From a virus (taxonomy: Duplodnaviria > Caudoviricetes), in IMG/VR virus record IMGVR_UViG_3300027996_003878: a DNA stretch of 64,000 nucleotides, one strand, 5' to 3'. This document shows, piece by piece, positions 34,526 to 43,728 of this stretch. The notes below the pieces were generated by a model. The model saw nothing but the letters and a program-made list of their open reading frames with translations. It ran no database searches and had not been told where the DNA came from. The position numbers were made by a program, and so were the translations under genes. Numbering within the stretch: the stretch's first letter is position 1; the number at the start of each line of letters is the position of its first letter.

Positions 34526-36343
34526 TTACCTCGTTGATTTTAATTGCTGTGGCACCGGAGCTACAGTTACCGGCTCCTCTATTTCCTGAAGATCTGCCTC
34601 AGGGCTTTTTGGCAATGAATCTTGCGACTTTTCTTGATTATCTTGCCTTTTCTTTTGCTCAGCTCTTTCCAAGTTAGCCTGGACCGCCGCAGGATCGACT
34701 TTATCTGCCTCAGAGTCCTCTACGTCAATCTCCAAATCAATAACATCTTCCTGAGGCACCTCTATCGACCCTCTAAGCCTGGACAAAATGCCTTCAATAC
34801 GACTCAAGCCATATTGATTTGACTCTAAAGAAGATCTAGTCGCCTCTGACAAAGCTGGAAAAAATGACGCAATGCCAAGCTTATCCATCATCAAATCAAC
34901 AAGTGACAATTGCCTTGATATCTCTCTATTTTTATACAAATTAGACAAAGCCTCTAATTTGGCAATAACATCCTCGATGGTTACATTCTCTAAATCAAAA
35001 TCTTTATCGCCCCCATTAGACTGCTCACTAACTTCAACAACTTCGTCAGCAGCAACATCCGCAGGTTCTTCTAAATCATCCTCGGAAACCTCAACAGCCT
35101 CAACGGGAGCAGGAGTAGGGGTAGGAGTAGGAGCAGGAGTAGGAGCAGGAGTAGGAGCAGGAGTAGGGGTTGGTAGAACGGCCTCCTGACCCTCTACAAC
35201 AATTATATCAGAACCATCAAAATTACGCTCTTCCTCATTTTCTTGTTTAGACGCAAACTTAACAAAGTTATCCAAAACATTATCATCTGAGCTTCTAAAG
35301 AAATCAGACTCTGCAAGAAATTTAAAAAATATACTCTCTTTAACAAGACCATCTCTTTTAAAACAATTGGCCTGTTTAATAATTAAATCATCAAACAAAC
35401 TAGCATTTTTATTCTTACCGCAAGTAGTGAAATAAGTACTTAAACTATTAATACCATCAAGAAGTTTCTTTGTGCAATCTTCTCCAAGATAATTTGTCGC
35501 CGGGCCTTCTTGAAGTAATTTTCTAATAGAATTAAATCTACTTATAACTTTCTTTCTAAGCTCTGCTGTTTTTTGAGCCTCTGTTTGCGCTTGAGTTTCA
35601 ACTTTAACATCAAGCTCTGCCTCCAGCCTTTCTTCAGGTTTGAAAGAATTCAAATTAGAATTATCAACTCTTTGCGGACGTTGGGGGCCTAAATGCTGAA
35701 GTGGAATGCCGGCAGTGCCATCCCCAACCATTAAATAATCATAATTATTTGCAGTTTTATATTTCAATTGAGCACCTTCGTCATAAAAAGACATCCAATA
35801 CTTAAAATCTTTGATTTCCATATCATCCCAATGAGCTGTTACTTTTTTAAATGAATCATTAAAAGAATGCCCTTGCTGTAATAGCATTCTCAGTCCTTGC
35901 ATAGAAGAGACCCATTTTTGTAAATTATAAGGACTTGCGATATAGCCCCCAAAGCCCCCTTGAGGATATGCTGTTTTTTTAATAGGTATGTTTAATTCGT
36001 TCAAACTATTAGCCACAGCTTTATGAAATTTAGAAATAGTATTAATTGGATACTTATCTCTATTTTTGTAAACTAAACTTGATATCTTTGCTCTCCGCGC
36101 TGGAGAAAACTCTACCCCTGACAAGTCTCGTGCAATTACAGGGGCATGAAGCAATGAATACATAAATATTTTATGATCATTTGGACACGTAACTCCAATA
36201 GAAGTCATTGCTTTTGATTGTCTTATCATCACATCTTTCAACTTCTCAGGCAAATCATCAATTCGATTCCGAATAAGCTCTTTAAAATAAGAGTTCACAT
36301 CGTCCAAATTAAAAGATTTTTTGTTAGTAGCTTTCATTTTCAT
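34526..36343 (-). CDS. Large hypothetical head-region protein with a Pro-Thr/Ala linker
   Basis: 605 aa; four K-x-A sites; PTPAP repeats. Confidence 0.75.
   Translation of the reverse strand: MKMKATNKKSFNLDDVNSYFKELIRNRIDDLPEKLKDVMIRQSKAMTSIGVTCPNDHKIFMYSLLHAPVIARDLSGVEFSPARRAKISSLVYKNRDKYPINTISKFHKAVANSLNELNIPIKKTAYPQGGFGGYIASPYNLQKWVSSMQGLRMLLQQGHSFNDSFKKVTAHWDDMEIKDFKYWMSFYDEGAQLKYKTANNYDYLMVGDGTAGIPLQHLGPQRPQRVDNSNLNSFKPEERLEAELDVKVETQAQTEAQKTAELRKKVISRFNSIRKLLQEGPATNYLGEDCTKKLLDGINSLSTYFTTCGKNKNASLFDDLIIKQANCFKRDGLVKESIFFKFLAESDFFRSSDDNVLDNFVKFASKQENEEERNFDGSDIIVVEGQEAVLPTPTPAPTPAPTPAPTPTPTPAPVEAVEVSEDDLEEPADVAADEVVEVSEQSNGGDKDFDLENVTIEDVIAKLEALSNLYKNREISRQLSLVDLMMDKLGIASFFPALSEATRSSLESNQYGLSRIEGILSRLRGSIEVPQEDVIDLEIDVEDSEADKVDPAAVQANLERAEQKKRQDNQEKSQDSLPKSPEADLQEIEEPVTVAPVPQQLKSTR
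35106..35165. repeat. 12-bp tandem repeat (ggagcaggagta) encoding a (PTPA)n linker
   Basis: Five consecutive 12-nt units, one variant. Confidence 0.9.
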
Positions 36344-36425
36344 TTAAAATTAAAAAATAATGCTTTTTAAATAATTATAAACATCTACACTATTAAGTAT
36401 ATCAATATATGACTAGGGGCAACTA

Positions 36426-37157
36426 TCAGTCAATGTTGGTAATTTTTTCATTCAGCTTCGTTGCCTCTGCCAATCTTCTATCAACTGTAAGTTTTTCTTC
36501 CTGCGGTGGTTTTAACTTGGCTAATCGCTCTGTTAAAAGCTCAACAAACAAAAAAGAAACTTCTGGATCAAAGTGAGTTAATGTTTCTCTTATAACATCT
36601 TGAAAGATAGCCGTGTGCTCTTCAACCGCCTGTATTGTGACGTTATGTTGTATGATTTGATCTGGAGATTGATTTATAATTTTGTCATATTTATCAACTG
36701 CATTGAACAACTGATCAAACCATCTTATTAGAACCGTATCGCCCTTAAAATCTTCAGGATCTTCTTGGATCTTATCAAATACCTGCTCCGCACGATCTCT
36801 AATGAGCGTAATAGTTGACACTAACATTTCGCGAATATCAAGCTCTTTATCAGCGATCTGATTAAGCCTCTCTCTATAAGTTTTATTATTTAAAAGAGAC
36901 TTTGATACTTTTTTATTTAACGTTGCGCCATTTTTAGTATCACTTAAATCAACAGCAAAGCGATTATAAGTATCAAGATATTTGCTATTTACAAAATCTT
37001 TTAATATTTTAATAGATAAAATTAAATGTTTTTGCTCTTTGTCTGGATATTTTAATTTTAACCACTTATTAATTTCTTTAGGAGACGCGCCAGAGACTAA
37101 CTTTGATATTATCTCCTCACCATTAGGGTGGTCTGTTATTGATGAAAAATCAGACAT
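36426..37157 (-). CDS. Hypothetical protein, candidate terminase small subunit
   Basis: N-terminal HTH-like segment, central helical hairpin, then an IIQHNVTIQ beta-strand. This layout is typical of TerS, but no specific motif is present. Confidence 0.35.
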   Translation of the reverse strand: MSDFSSITDHPNGEEIISKLVSGASPKEINKWLKLKYPDKEQKHLILSIKILKDFVNSKYLDTYNRFAVDLSDTKNGATLNKKVSKSLLNNKTYRERLNQIADKELDIREMLVSTITLIRDRAEQVFDKIQEDPEDFKGDTVLIRWFDQLFNAVDKYDKIINQSPDQIIQHNVTIQAVEEHTAIFQDVIRETLTHFDPEVSFLFVELLTERLAKLKPPQEEKLTVDRRLAEATKLNEKITNID

Positions 37158-37213
37158 ACATCAAAACAATTTCAAATTTTAAATTCTTTCTTACTTGCTT
37201 ATGAAAAGTATAA

Positions 37214-38005
37214 TTACTTCTCAAGCTTAGAATCTAACGAGGCATTTGATGAAAGTCTTTGATTACGATCTGTAAAAGACATTCCCTCTAGCCTACGATC
37301 ATACAATGCACGGGTTTGCTCAGCAACGTCACTACCAGGAACCTTGTTACCCTTAAGTGTAGTAAATCCACTGCTATAGTTATAGATCTTATGATCCATA
37401 CTACACTGAAAAACAGTATCCGCAATACGCGCCATCTGAGCGCCAGGATGATCTGGACATGTTCTCGTAGAAAGAGCAGTCTCAAGAGGTCGATAAGTTT
37501 TAAACCTATTTTCTATCAATTCGGCTGTATTCTTGACATCTAGAGCTTTGTCAGACTCTTCTCTAGCTCTTGTATAAGCTTCATCTCGCTGTTCGCTGCG
37601 AAGTTTAGCTCGAAGCCTGTCTATCTCTTTATCCTGAGCTTCTTTAAACTTTAAGCGTTCTTCCGCTGCATTCAGCTTCATTAGAAGCTGATCGATGACA
37701 GACGCCTGTCTAACTAAAACAGGATCATCACTTTTATCAAACTTATTCGCTACAGCTACAATCGCCTCTAAATCCTCATCATACAAATCATCTATTGACT
37801 TTTCAGCCATGACCTCTATACCATCAGCAGCCTTATTTAATATAGAATCAACAGTCACCAAAACTGAGGCTACATGATTAAGCAGATCTTCATTGCCTGT
37901 TTCTTCTGCTGCTATTATAATTGGATTCTCAGACAAATCAGTACTGATTTTTTCTGAAAAAATTCTAAGCAGATCAGCTACTTTAACAACTTTTTCATGA
38001 CTCAT
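37214..38005 (-). CDS. Hypothetical protein with a C-terminal zinc-ribbon-like motif
   Basis: TCPDHPG...FQCSMDH; 263 aa. Confidence 0.75.
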   Translation of the reverse strand: MSHEKVVKVADLLRIFSEKISTDLSENPIIIAAEETGNEDLLNHVASVLVTVDSILNKAADGIEVMAEKSIDDLYDEDLEAIVAVANKFDKSDDPVLVRQASVIDQLLMKLNAAEERLKFKEAQDKEIDRLRAKLRSEQRDEAYTRAREESDKALDVKNTAELIENRFKTYRPLETALSTRTCPDHPGAQMARIADTVFQCSMDHKIYNYSSGFTTLKGNKVPGSDVAEQTRALYDRRLEGMSFTDRNQRLSSNASLDSKLEK

Positions 38006-38007
38006 AA

Positions 38008-39639
38008 TTACCCCATGTAAATTCTGGAATGTAAGAAAGACCCGCCTTCAGCAGTTTCGCTCATTTTCTTTCTATAAAGCGGGTGGCAATCGCCGTTTTT
38101 GTCTTGATAAACCTTATGAACTGGAAGATTTGTGTGACTGCAAATAAGGTGCTTGCTGTGCTTATGCTTGAAGGTTGCAGCACATTTCGTTACAGGAACA
38201 TCGTTTGATGACTTACCACCAAGACCATCTCTATACGCTTTAAACGCTGTATCAAAGGCAGCCTTGTCGCCAGAGTGCCTTAGAACATTAAGCGCATCTT
38301 CTGCCTTTAAATAATCATTATCTAACATCGCCACACGAACCTGATCGATTAAATCACTCGGCTTTAGCTTGTAAAGCGGAGAGGCTTTTGCCAACTCTCT
38401 CGTATCATTCACGCCCTGAGCCAACAAAGTTGAAATACCCTCTTCAGAGAAATCTAATATATTTCCATTTGCCAAAACAACAGTGGGCTCAACAACCTCA
38501 CCGTTCTTGACTTTAACAGGAACCTTAAAACCAGTAGAACTATCAATTGAAACTGAGTAAAAAATGGTATCTGAATTGTTATCAGAAACTGAAACCTGAC
38601 AATTTCTGTGGCCAAACTTACCCATCAAAAATCTTATTATGTTACGCCCTCTATCAACAGCTTTTTTACCTAACAAAAACTCTGCTGCACCAGCGTGTGA
38701 AGAAAGCCTTGCAGCAATTTCCTTCACCTCTTCAGGTTGCTCAATTTCAATATCTTTAACCGAAGCAGTCAATTTATCAACTTCTTGATAAAGAATACCA
38801 TTAACTGTATGATTTGAAGGAGTTTCCTTGGCCGCCTCTGCCATCATGACAATTCGCTCAACTTCACTCATGGGCTCTGGAGTTCCGTTTTTAGCCTCAG
38901 CAATAACTCCGAGAAGCTTTTGAACATCAACCTTATAAGATTTACCCGCTGTAGACAGCAGATGTTCTTTAAGATCATCTTTGCTAATTGAAACAAAGCC
39001 CGCCTTGCTTAAGAACATAGTGGGAATCAAAGCCCTATCATCCACGACCTCAACTGGAATTAATGCATAACTCTGACCTCGCGGCGTGTCATAAGTTGCC
39101 TGACAAATCAATACATCGCTCTGGCCGGCTACAACATCAATCTTTTTTGGATGAATTCCAGTCTTGTTAAGCTCATGCAAGCAAGTTTTTTGCGCTCGCT
39201 TTGCCACTACTGCTGAATATCGCTTTAGAGGGGTGTCAGTATCGAAGGCAGACTGAAGTGCGTTAGACAAAAGAGGATCTGCCAGCTTTTCAAAACTTTC
39301 ACTAACAAAATCCTTCCCCTCATTGGGATCTCTTTTCATTTTATTCAGAGCAGTTTTCTTCGGAAGAGCTAGCTCCTCAACAAAATGTTCCGCAAACTTA
39401 TTGTTAGATCTATATAATTTATTATATACATCCTTTAGCTCAGCGCGAGTGATAAATAAAGCATCCCCCTCAGCTCTGCGTTTCAAAAAATTTGAAATAC
39501 CCACAACGGTTTGATCCATAGGGAATTGCTGAGCCAACCTGTTAGCCTTTACAGCTAACATATCAACGGAAAACTTCTCATTATCGTAAATTGCCTTAGC
39601 GGCTTTTGTAACAATATCGTTTAATTTATAGAGACTCAT
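38008..39639 (-). CDS. Hypothetical protein with an internally repeated domain and Cys/His C-terminus
   Basis: 543 aa. Two V.V...D.....PV.V....PT repeats; C-terminal CAA...CSH...CHP. Confidence 0.75.
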   Translation of the reverse strand: MSLYKLNDIVTKAAKAIYDNEKFSVDMLAVKANRLAQQFPMDQTVVGISNFLKRRAEGDALFITRAELKDVYNKLYRSNNKFAEHFVEELALPKKTALNKMKRDPNEGKDFVSESFEKLADPLLSNALQSAFDTDTPLKRYSAVVAKRAQKTCLHELNKTGIHPKKIDVVAGQSDVLICQATYDTPRGQSYALIPVEVVDDRALIPTMFLSKAGFVSISKDDLKEHLLSTAGKSYKVDVQKLLGVIAEAKNGTPEPMSEVERIVMMAEAAKETPSNHTVNGILYQEVDKLTASVKDIEIEQPEEVKEIAARLSSHAGAAEFLLGKKAVDRGRNIIRFLMGKFGHRNCQVSVSDNNSDTIFYSVSIDSSTGFKVPVKVKNGEVVEPTVVLANGNILDFSEEGISTLLAQGVNDTRELAKASPLYKLKPSDLIDQVRVAMLDNDYLKAEDALNVLRHSGDKAAFDTAFKAYRDGLGGKSSNDVPVTKCAATFKHKHSKHLICSHTNLPVHKVYQDKNGDCHPLYRKKMSETAEGGSFLHSRIYMG

Positions 39640-40163
39640 TATGCGTCTCTCCTTTTTTCAGCTACTTTTGTAAAATATTTCGAATTAAGCTCTTCATGAG
39701 TTGCAAATAAATCTTTCAACTGAGACTCAGGGAGCCCTGCTAATAAACTTACGGTCAAACCTTCACTTGAAGCTAGTTTTTCTGGCAAAAACCCACACAC
39801 TGACTTGGCCTCTTCATTAGGAAGGCCAAGTGATGATAAAGAAATACGAGTCACGGGCGTATCATTATAAAAAATATTTATAAATTTACCGGACTTATCT
39901 GAAACAGCATTCCAATTAGAGCTTGATTTAATTTGCTCACCCTGTTCATTGTCATACATAGCAACAATATAGTCACCATCATTTGACTTATGGATCTGCC
40001 AAAGCCCATCAATACTGTCACTCTTATCTACAAACCGAACGACATCAAAGGCCACTTTCTTTATACGGTGGCTAACATCTTCTAATTTATAAGCTTTCTT
40101 ACGATTAAGCTTATCTTGAAGTTCACTATAATCAACAGACAAATATCTCATCACATACTCCAA
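39639..40163 (-). CDS. Hypothetical protein
   Basis: 174 aa; its stop overlaps the next ATG (TAATG). Confidence 0.75.
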   Translation of the reverse strand: MEYVMRYLSVDYSELQDKLNRKKAYKLEDVSHRIKKVAFDVVRFVDKSDSIDGLWQIHKSNDGDYIVAMYDNEQGEQIKSSSNWNAVSDKSGKFINIFYNDTPVTRISLSSLGLPNEEAKSVCGFLPEKLASSEGLTVSLLAGLPESQLKDLFATHEELNSKYFTKVAEKRRDA

Positions 40164-40261
40164 AATATCTAAGGAATGCTCTTTCCTTTATATATTACAT
40201 AATTACCCGATTTTATGCCTATAAAAATAGCGAAACAAAAAGCCGAAATATTCATATAATT

Positions 40262-40462
40262 TCAAGAAAATGAACAACCATCCATTTTTCTCAATAGAGA
40301 TATTACAGGGTCTATTTTATTTTCAACAATAAAATCAAGAGGCGAGCAATAATATAAATCTGGGCTAGGACACATAAGCCAACTTAACATTTCTGTAGGG
40401 CTTTTAAATATTTTATTTAAAAAAGATAAGCAAATAGAAAATTTTTCAATATCTAACTTCAT
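40262..40462 (-). CDS. Orphan Xre/MbcA/ParS antitoxin C-terminal (toxin-binding, DUF2384-like) domain protein
   Basis: IF.....MLSWLMCPSPDLYYCSPLDFI.......VISLLRKMDGCSFS matches the family pattern F.....A..WL..P...L....PL.L.......V..LL.R...G.F. Confidence 0.55.
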   Translation of the reverse strand: MKLDIEKFSICLSFLNKIFKSPTEMLSWLMCPSPDLYYCSPLDFIVENKIDPVISLLRKMDGCSFS

Positions 40463-40518
40463 TTATTTTATAGCTAAAACCCTCTGAATAAATAATGGAG
40501 CATAATAATTATTTTTAT

Positions 40519-40968
40519 TTAATAAGACATTTCTTCATGTAGCTCTGCTATTCTTTTTAAGATCTCATTAACTTCAGGATCTTGAGCCGCTATCCTTTTA
40601 AGCTTCTTTTTTGCGCCGCCATAAATCCTTTTGCCGTGCTTGTAATCGCAATTACCATTTATAGCTTTTGTGATTGAGCTTTGGTTTACATTTAATTTTT
40701 TTGCAATCTCAGTTTGAGTATACCCATCAGCGTACAGCCTAATAACCTGCCTTTGTCTATCAGTTAAATGAGTATCAATAATTCTCCAAAATGCTGCCTT
40801 CAGCTTATCTTGCAAATCATACAACTCTTCGTTGTAATGTGAATAATTTAAGAAGCCAGTCATGCCTTGAGCTTCAGAGAATTCTTTAAGCATATCTGGA
40901 GAGCACGGTGACTCTACTAAAACATATTGATAGCTATCGCTTCTATTTTTCTTTAAATCTCTTCCCAT
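40519..40968 (-). CDS. Sigma70 region-4-like HTH protein
   Basis: LTDRQRQVIRLYADGYTQTEIAKKLNVNQSSIT; no region 2 visible; 149 aa. Confidence 0.7.
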   Translation of the reverse strand: MGRDLKKNRSDSYQYVLVESPCSPDMLKEFSEAQGMTGFLNYSHYNEELYDLQDKLKAAFWRIIDTHLTDRQRQVIRLYADGYTQTEIAKKLNVNQSSITKAINGNCDYKHGKRIYGGAKKKLKRIAAQDPEVNEILKRIAELHEEMSY

Positions 40969-40999
40969 AACAATATTTAATTAATATCTAACCAATGAA

Positions 41000-41791
41000 C
41001 TATATATCGAATATATTATAGGTTTTACTATTCTTAAGATACTGATCGACATCTTTATGTTCAGAAGGCAGCTTAATCTTCTCAATATTAATTTCTTTTG
41101 AGTAATTTCTTATTATACTTTGTTCTCCTTTTAATCCAGAATCATCATTATCTAACAATAGATAAATTTTATTGGTATACTTTTTTAGTAAAAAAAGCTG
41201 ATAAAAAGAAAGAGATGAACCACCTAACGCTACCACATTATTAAAACCATTCGCATGACAATTTATACAATCGATCTGACCTTCAACTAAAATAGCACTT
41301 TGATTCTTCAAAATAGCTTTTTTTGCCTGATAAAGGCCAAAAAGGTGCAGCGACTTATTATAATAAGTATTTTTATATTTAGGTATTCCCCTTGACTTTC
41401 TCTCTTCATCCGAAAGGATCGAACGACCAATAAGACCAACTATATTTCCATACTCATCCTTAAAAGGAAAAACCAAATTATGGTAACTTAGATGACCTAT
41501 ATCCAAAAGTTGAACACATCCTTTTTCCGGTCTATATTTTCTATATATTAAAGATAACTCTAATAATATATCTTTATCTACAAATTTAACTATGCTATCC
41601 AGACGCTCATTTGAAGGAAAATAACCAACCCCAAACTTATTAATGCTAAATGAAGACAGCCTCTTCTCTATGTAGTTAGAGAACTCTTTAGCTTCTGGGA
41701 GATTTCTAAGAAGAAACTTACAGGCTCCTACTATTTCAGCAAAGTTCTGCGACTTCAATCTTGCATTATCAGATAATAACTTTAAGTTCAT
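41000..41791 (-). CDS. dnaG: DNA primase catalytic core (DnaG TOPRIM) lacking the zinc-binding domain
   Basis: LVFPFKD..GNIVG..GR, PKYKNT, ILVEGQID, ALGGS, LDND. Confidence 0.88.
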   Translation of the reverse strand: MNLKLLSDNARLKSQNFAEIVGACKFLLRNLPEAKEFSNYIEKRLSSFSINKFGVGYFPSNERLDSIVKFVDKDILLELSLIYRKYRPEKGCVQLLDIGHLSYHNLVFPFKDEYGNIVGLIGRSILSDEERKSRGIPKYKNTYYNKSLHLFGLYQAKKAILKNQSAILVEGQIDCINCHANGFNNVVALGGSSLSFYQLFLLKKYTNKIYLLLDNDDSGLKGEQSIIRNYSKEINIEKIKLPSEHKDVDQYLKNSKTYNIFDI

Positions 41792-42123
41792 TTGCTTTCT
41801 TTGTAAAATGAAGCAAATGCCTGAATGTATGATTTGGATAAATTTTTAAATTCAGTATTACAAAATGAACATTTCAATTTATCATCGTCAATAATTGGAC
41901 GAGCTGCTTTATTGCATGACGTGCATTCCACCGCAAAGGACTCTTGGTGTCCTGTATTTCTTTTTATTTGACCCAATGTTTTCATTTGCACTTTAGCAAA
42001 GCGTGTAATGCTATTGATGGAATTACCGCATTCAGTGCAAAACACTTTGTCAGACTCAACGTCTAACAAAGGCTCTTGATCTTTTCGACACCCTTTATTA
42101 TCACAAAAAACATGAAAGCCCAT
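41788..42123 (-). CDS. Double zinc-ribbon protein
   Basis: CDNKGC, CTEC, CTSC and CSFC pairs; 111 aa. Confidence 0.7.
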   Translation of the reverse strand: MGFHVFCDNKGCRKDQEPLLDVESDKVFCTECGNSINSITRFAKVQMKTLGQIKRNTGHQESFAVECTSCNKAARPIIDDDKLKCSFCNTEFKNLSKSYIQAFASFYKESK

Positions 42124-43080
42124 TTAATCCTCTTTTTCTAAAAAACTTACTAAATCAATAACGTTATCAGGATAAATTACATTAATTATAAAAATGTGAT
42201 CGCCTTTTTTTTTCAAGCCATATCCAGACAACTTTACTTCATCTCTGTGTCTCGTATTCTCTCGAATTTTCAAAGACATATCGCCATAGATCGTGTTGAC
42301 TTGAACAACTGTCCCCCTTAAAGCGTCCAAAAGACTTATATCGATGCTAGAAACAACATCATTACCTTTTAGGGTAATATTTTTTTCTGACTCTACGTTC
42401 ACTTTAACAAACAGATCTTTATAATGATTAACTCCTCCTCTAGAAATAAAATCACCAGCATTTGCCAATCGAACTATTTGCTCATTTATTATTCCAGCAG
42501 GAATGGCAATGTCTAATTCAGATTTCACCTTCCTTGTACCGCTAAAATCACAATAACTACATTTAATTATTTTTTTACCCGTACCACGGCAAGTGTTACA
42601 AGCAAATTCAACAGCATTGCAATTAAAAATATTAATTGAACCAGAGCCATTGCAAATATTACAAATACCTGCTTCTTTTTTTACAATACCTCCAACGCCA
42701 TCACATTTAAGACAGTGTATTTTTTTATCAATACTTATTTTCTTAACACAACCAAGAACCGACTCTCTAAATGAAATACTTAACTCTACATCAAATTTAA
42801 CTTCATTAGATGTACTTTTAGAAAAATTAACTGACCAATTTTTCTTTGTTTTTCTTTTTCTTGATTTTTTATTAACAAAATCAAACGCGGGGGGATGCTC
42901 AAGACTCTTCTTTATAACTTCATATGCTTGAGACATTTTTTTATAAAGAGCCTCGGCGTCAGGATCTTTGTTTACGTCAGGGTGACTCTTTGCCGCTAAT
43001 GTTCTAAATGCTTTATTAACGTCGTCTCTAGAGCAATTAATTGTTAGCCCTAAAATTTTATAAGCATCTGCAAGAATCAT
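42124..43080 (-). CDS. dnaJ: DnaJ-type co-chaperone
   Basis: J domain with HPD, four CxxCxGxG-like repeats, C-terminal substrate-binding domain. Confidence 0.9.
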   Translation of the reverse strand: MILADAYKILGLTINCSRDDVNKAFRTLAAKSHPDVNKDPDAEALYKKMSQAYEVIKKSLEHPPAFDFVNKKSRKRKTKKNWSVNFSKSTSNEVKFDVELSISFRESVLGCVKKISIDKKIHCLKCDGVGGIVKKEAGICNICNGSGSINIFNCNAVEFACNTCRGTGKKIIKCSYCDFSGTRKVKSELDIAIPAGIINEQIVRLANAGDFISRGGVNHYKDLFVKVNVESEKNITLKGNDVVSSIDISLLDALRGTVVQVNTIYGDMSLKIRENTRHRDEVKLSGYGLKKKGDHIFIINVIYPDNVIDLVSFLEKED

Positions 43081-43102
43081 TGATAAAGAAATATATTAAT
43101 AA

Positions 43103-43660
43103 TTATTCATTTTTTCTTTCATTATTAATATAACAAAGGGCGCAGGCAATACTGTCAGCCACATCAAAGTTCTCCTTACGGGGATTTCCCTTTTTGTTAA
43201 AGACATATGGAAAATCAACATTTAATATTGAAGCTACTACCTCTGGTATTTCTTCCTTTTTTGGCATTTTTTTTTCTTTTTTTATAGAATGCCTTATTTT
43301 TGTTACATTAAATAAAACTGGCTCTTCACCAGTTTTTTCATAAACGGCAAGTCCAACAGTTCGATTAAGTACGGCTAATGAGCTTATTGTCCTTGCAGTG
43401 CTGTTGCCTGCCATAAATAATACAATATCTTCTAAGGCAATAAAATCAGGCTTTAGCTCATCTATTTTTTTAGATATAAACTCACGCACAAAATAAAGCC
43501 TCTCAAAGATTCCGCCTTTCTTTGGAGGCTTGTAATATTCACAATGCTCTAATTGAATATCTGAATCATTATAACGAAGCAGAGACAAGCCAATTGTAGT
43601 AGTACTCGCATCAATGCCTAACACACGCTTGAAACTAAGATCTTCTTTATCTTCCATCAA
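43103..43660 (-). CDS. ruvC: RuvC-like Holliday junction resolvase
   Basis: VLGIDASTTTIG, IALED and DVADSIA acidic catalytic residues. Confidence 0.85.
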   Translation of the reverse strand: MMEDKEDLSFKRVLGIDASTTTIGLSLLRYNDSDIQLEHCEYYKPPKKGGIFERLYFVREFISKKIDELKPDFIALEDIVLFMAGNSTARTISSLAVLNRTVGLAVYEKTGEEPVLFNVTKIRHSIKKEKKMPKKEEIPEVVASILNVDFPYVFNKKGNPRKENFDVADSIACALCYINNERKNE

Positions 43661-43676
43661 GAGCTATATATCAAGC

Positions 43677-43712
43677 AAAAAAAAACCCACACAATTGTGT
43701 GGGTTTTTTTTT
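43677..43712 (-). terminator. Rho-independent terminator after the SSB gene
   Basis: aaaaaaaaacccacac-aatt-gtgtgggttttttttt. Confidence 0.9.
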
Positions 43713-43728
43713 GCCTTATTAATATTTA

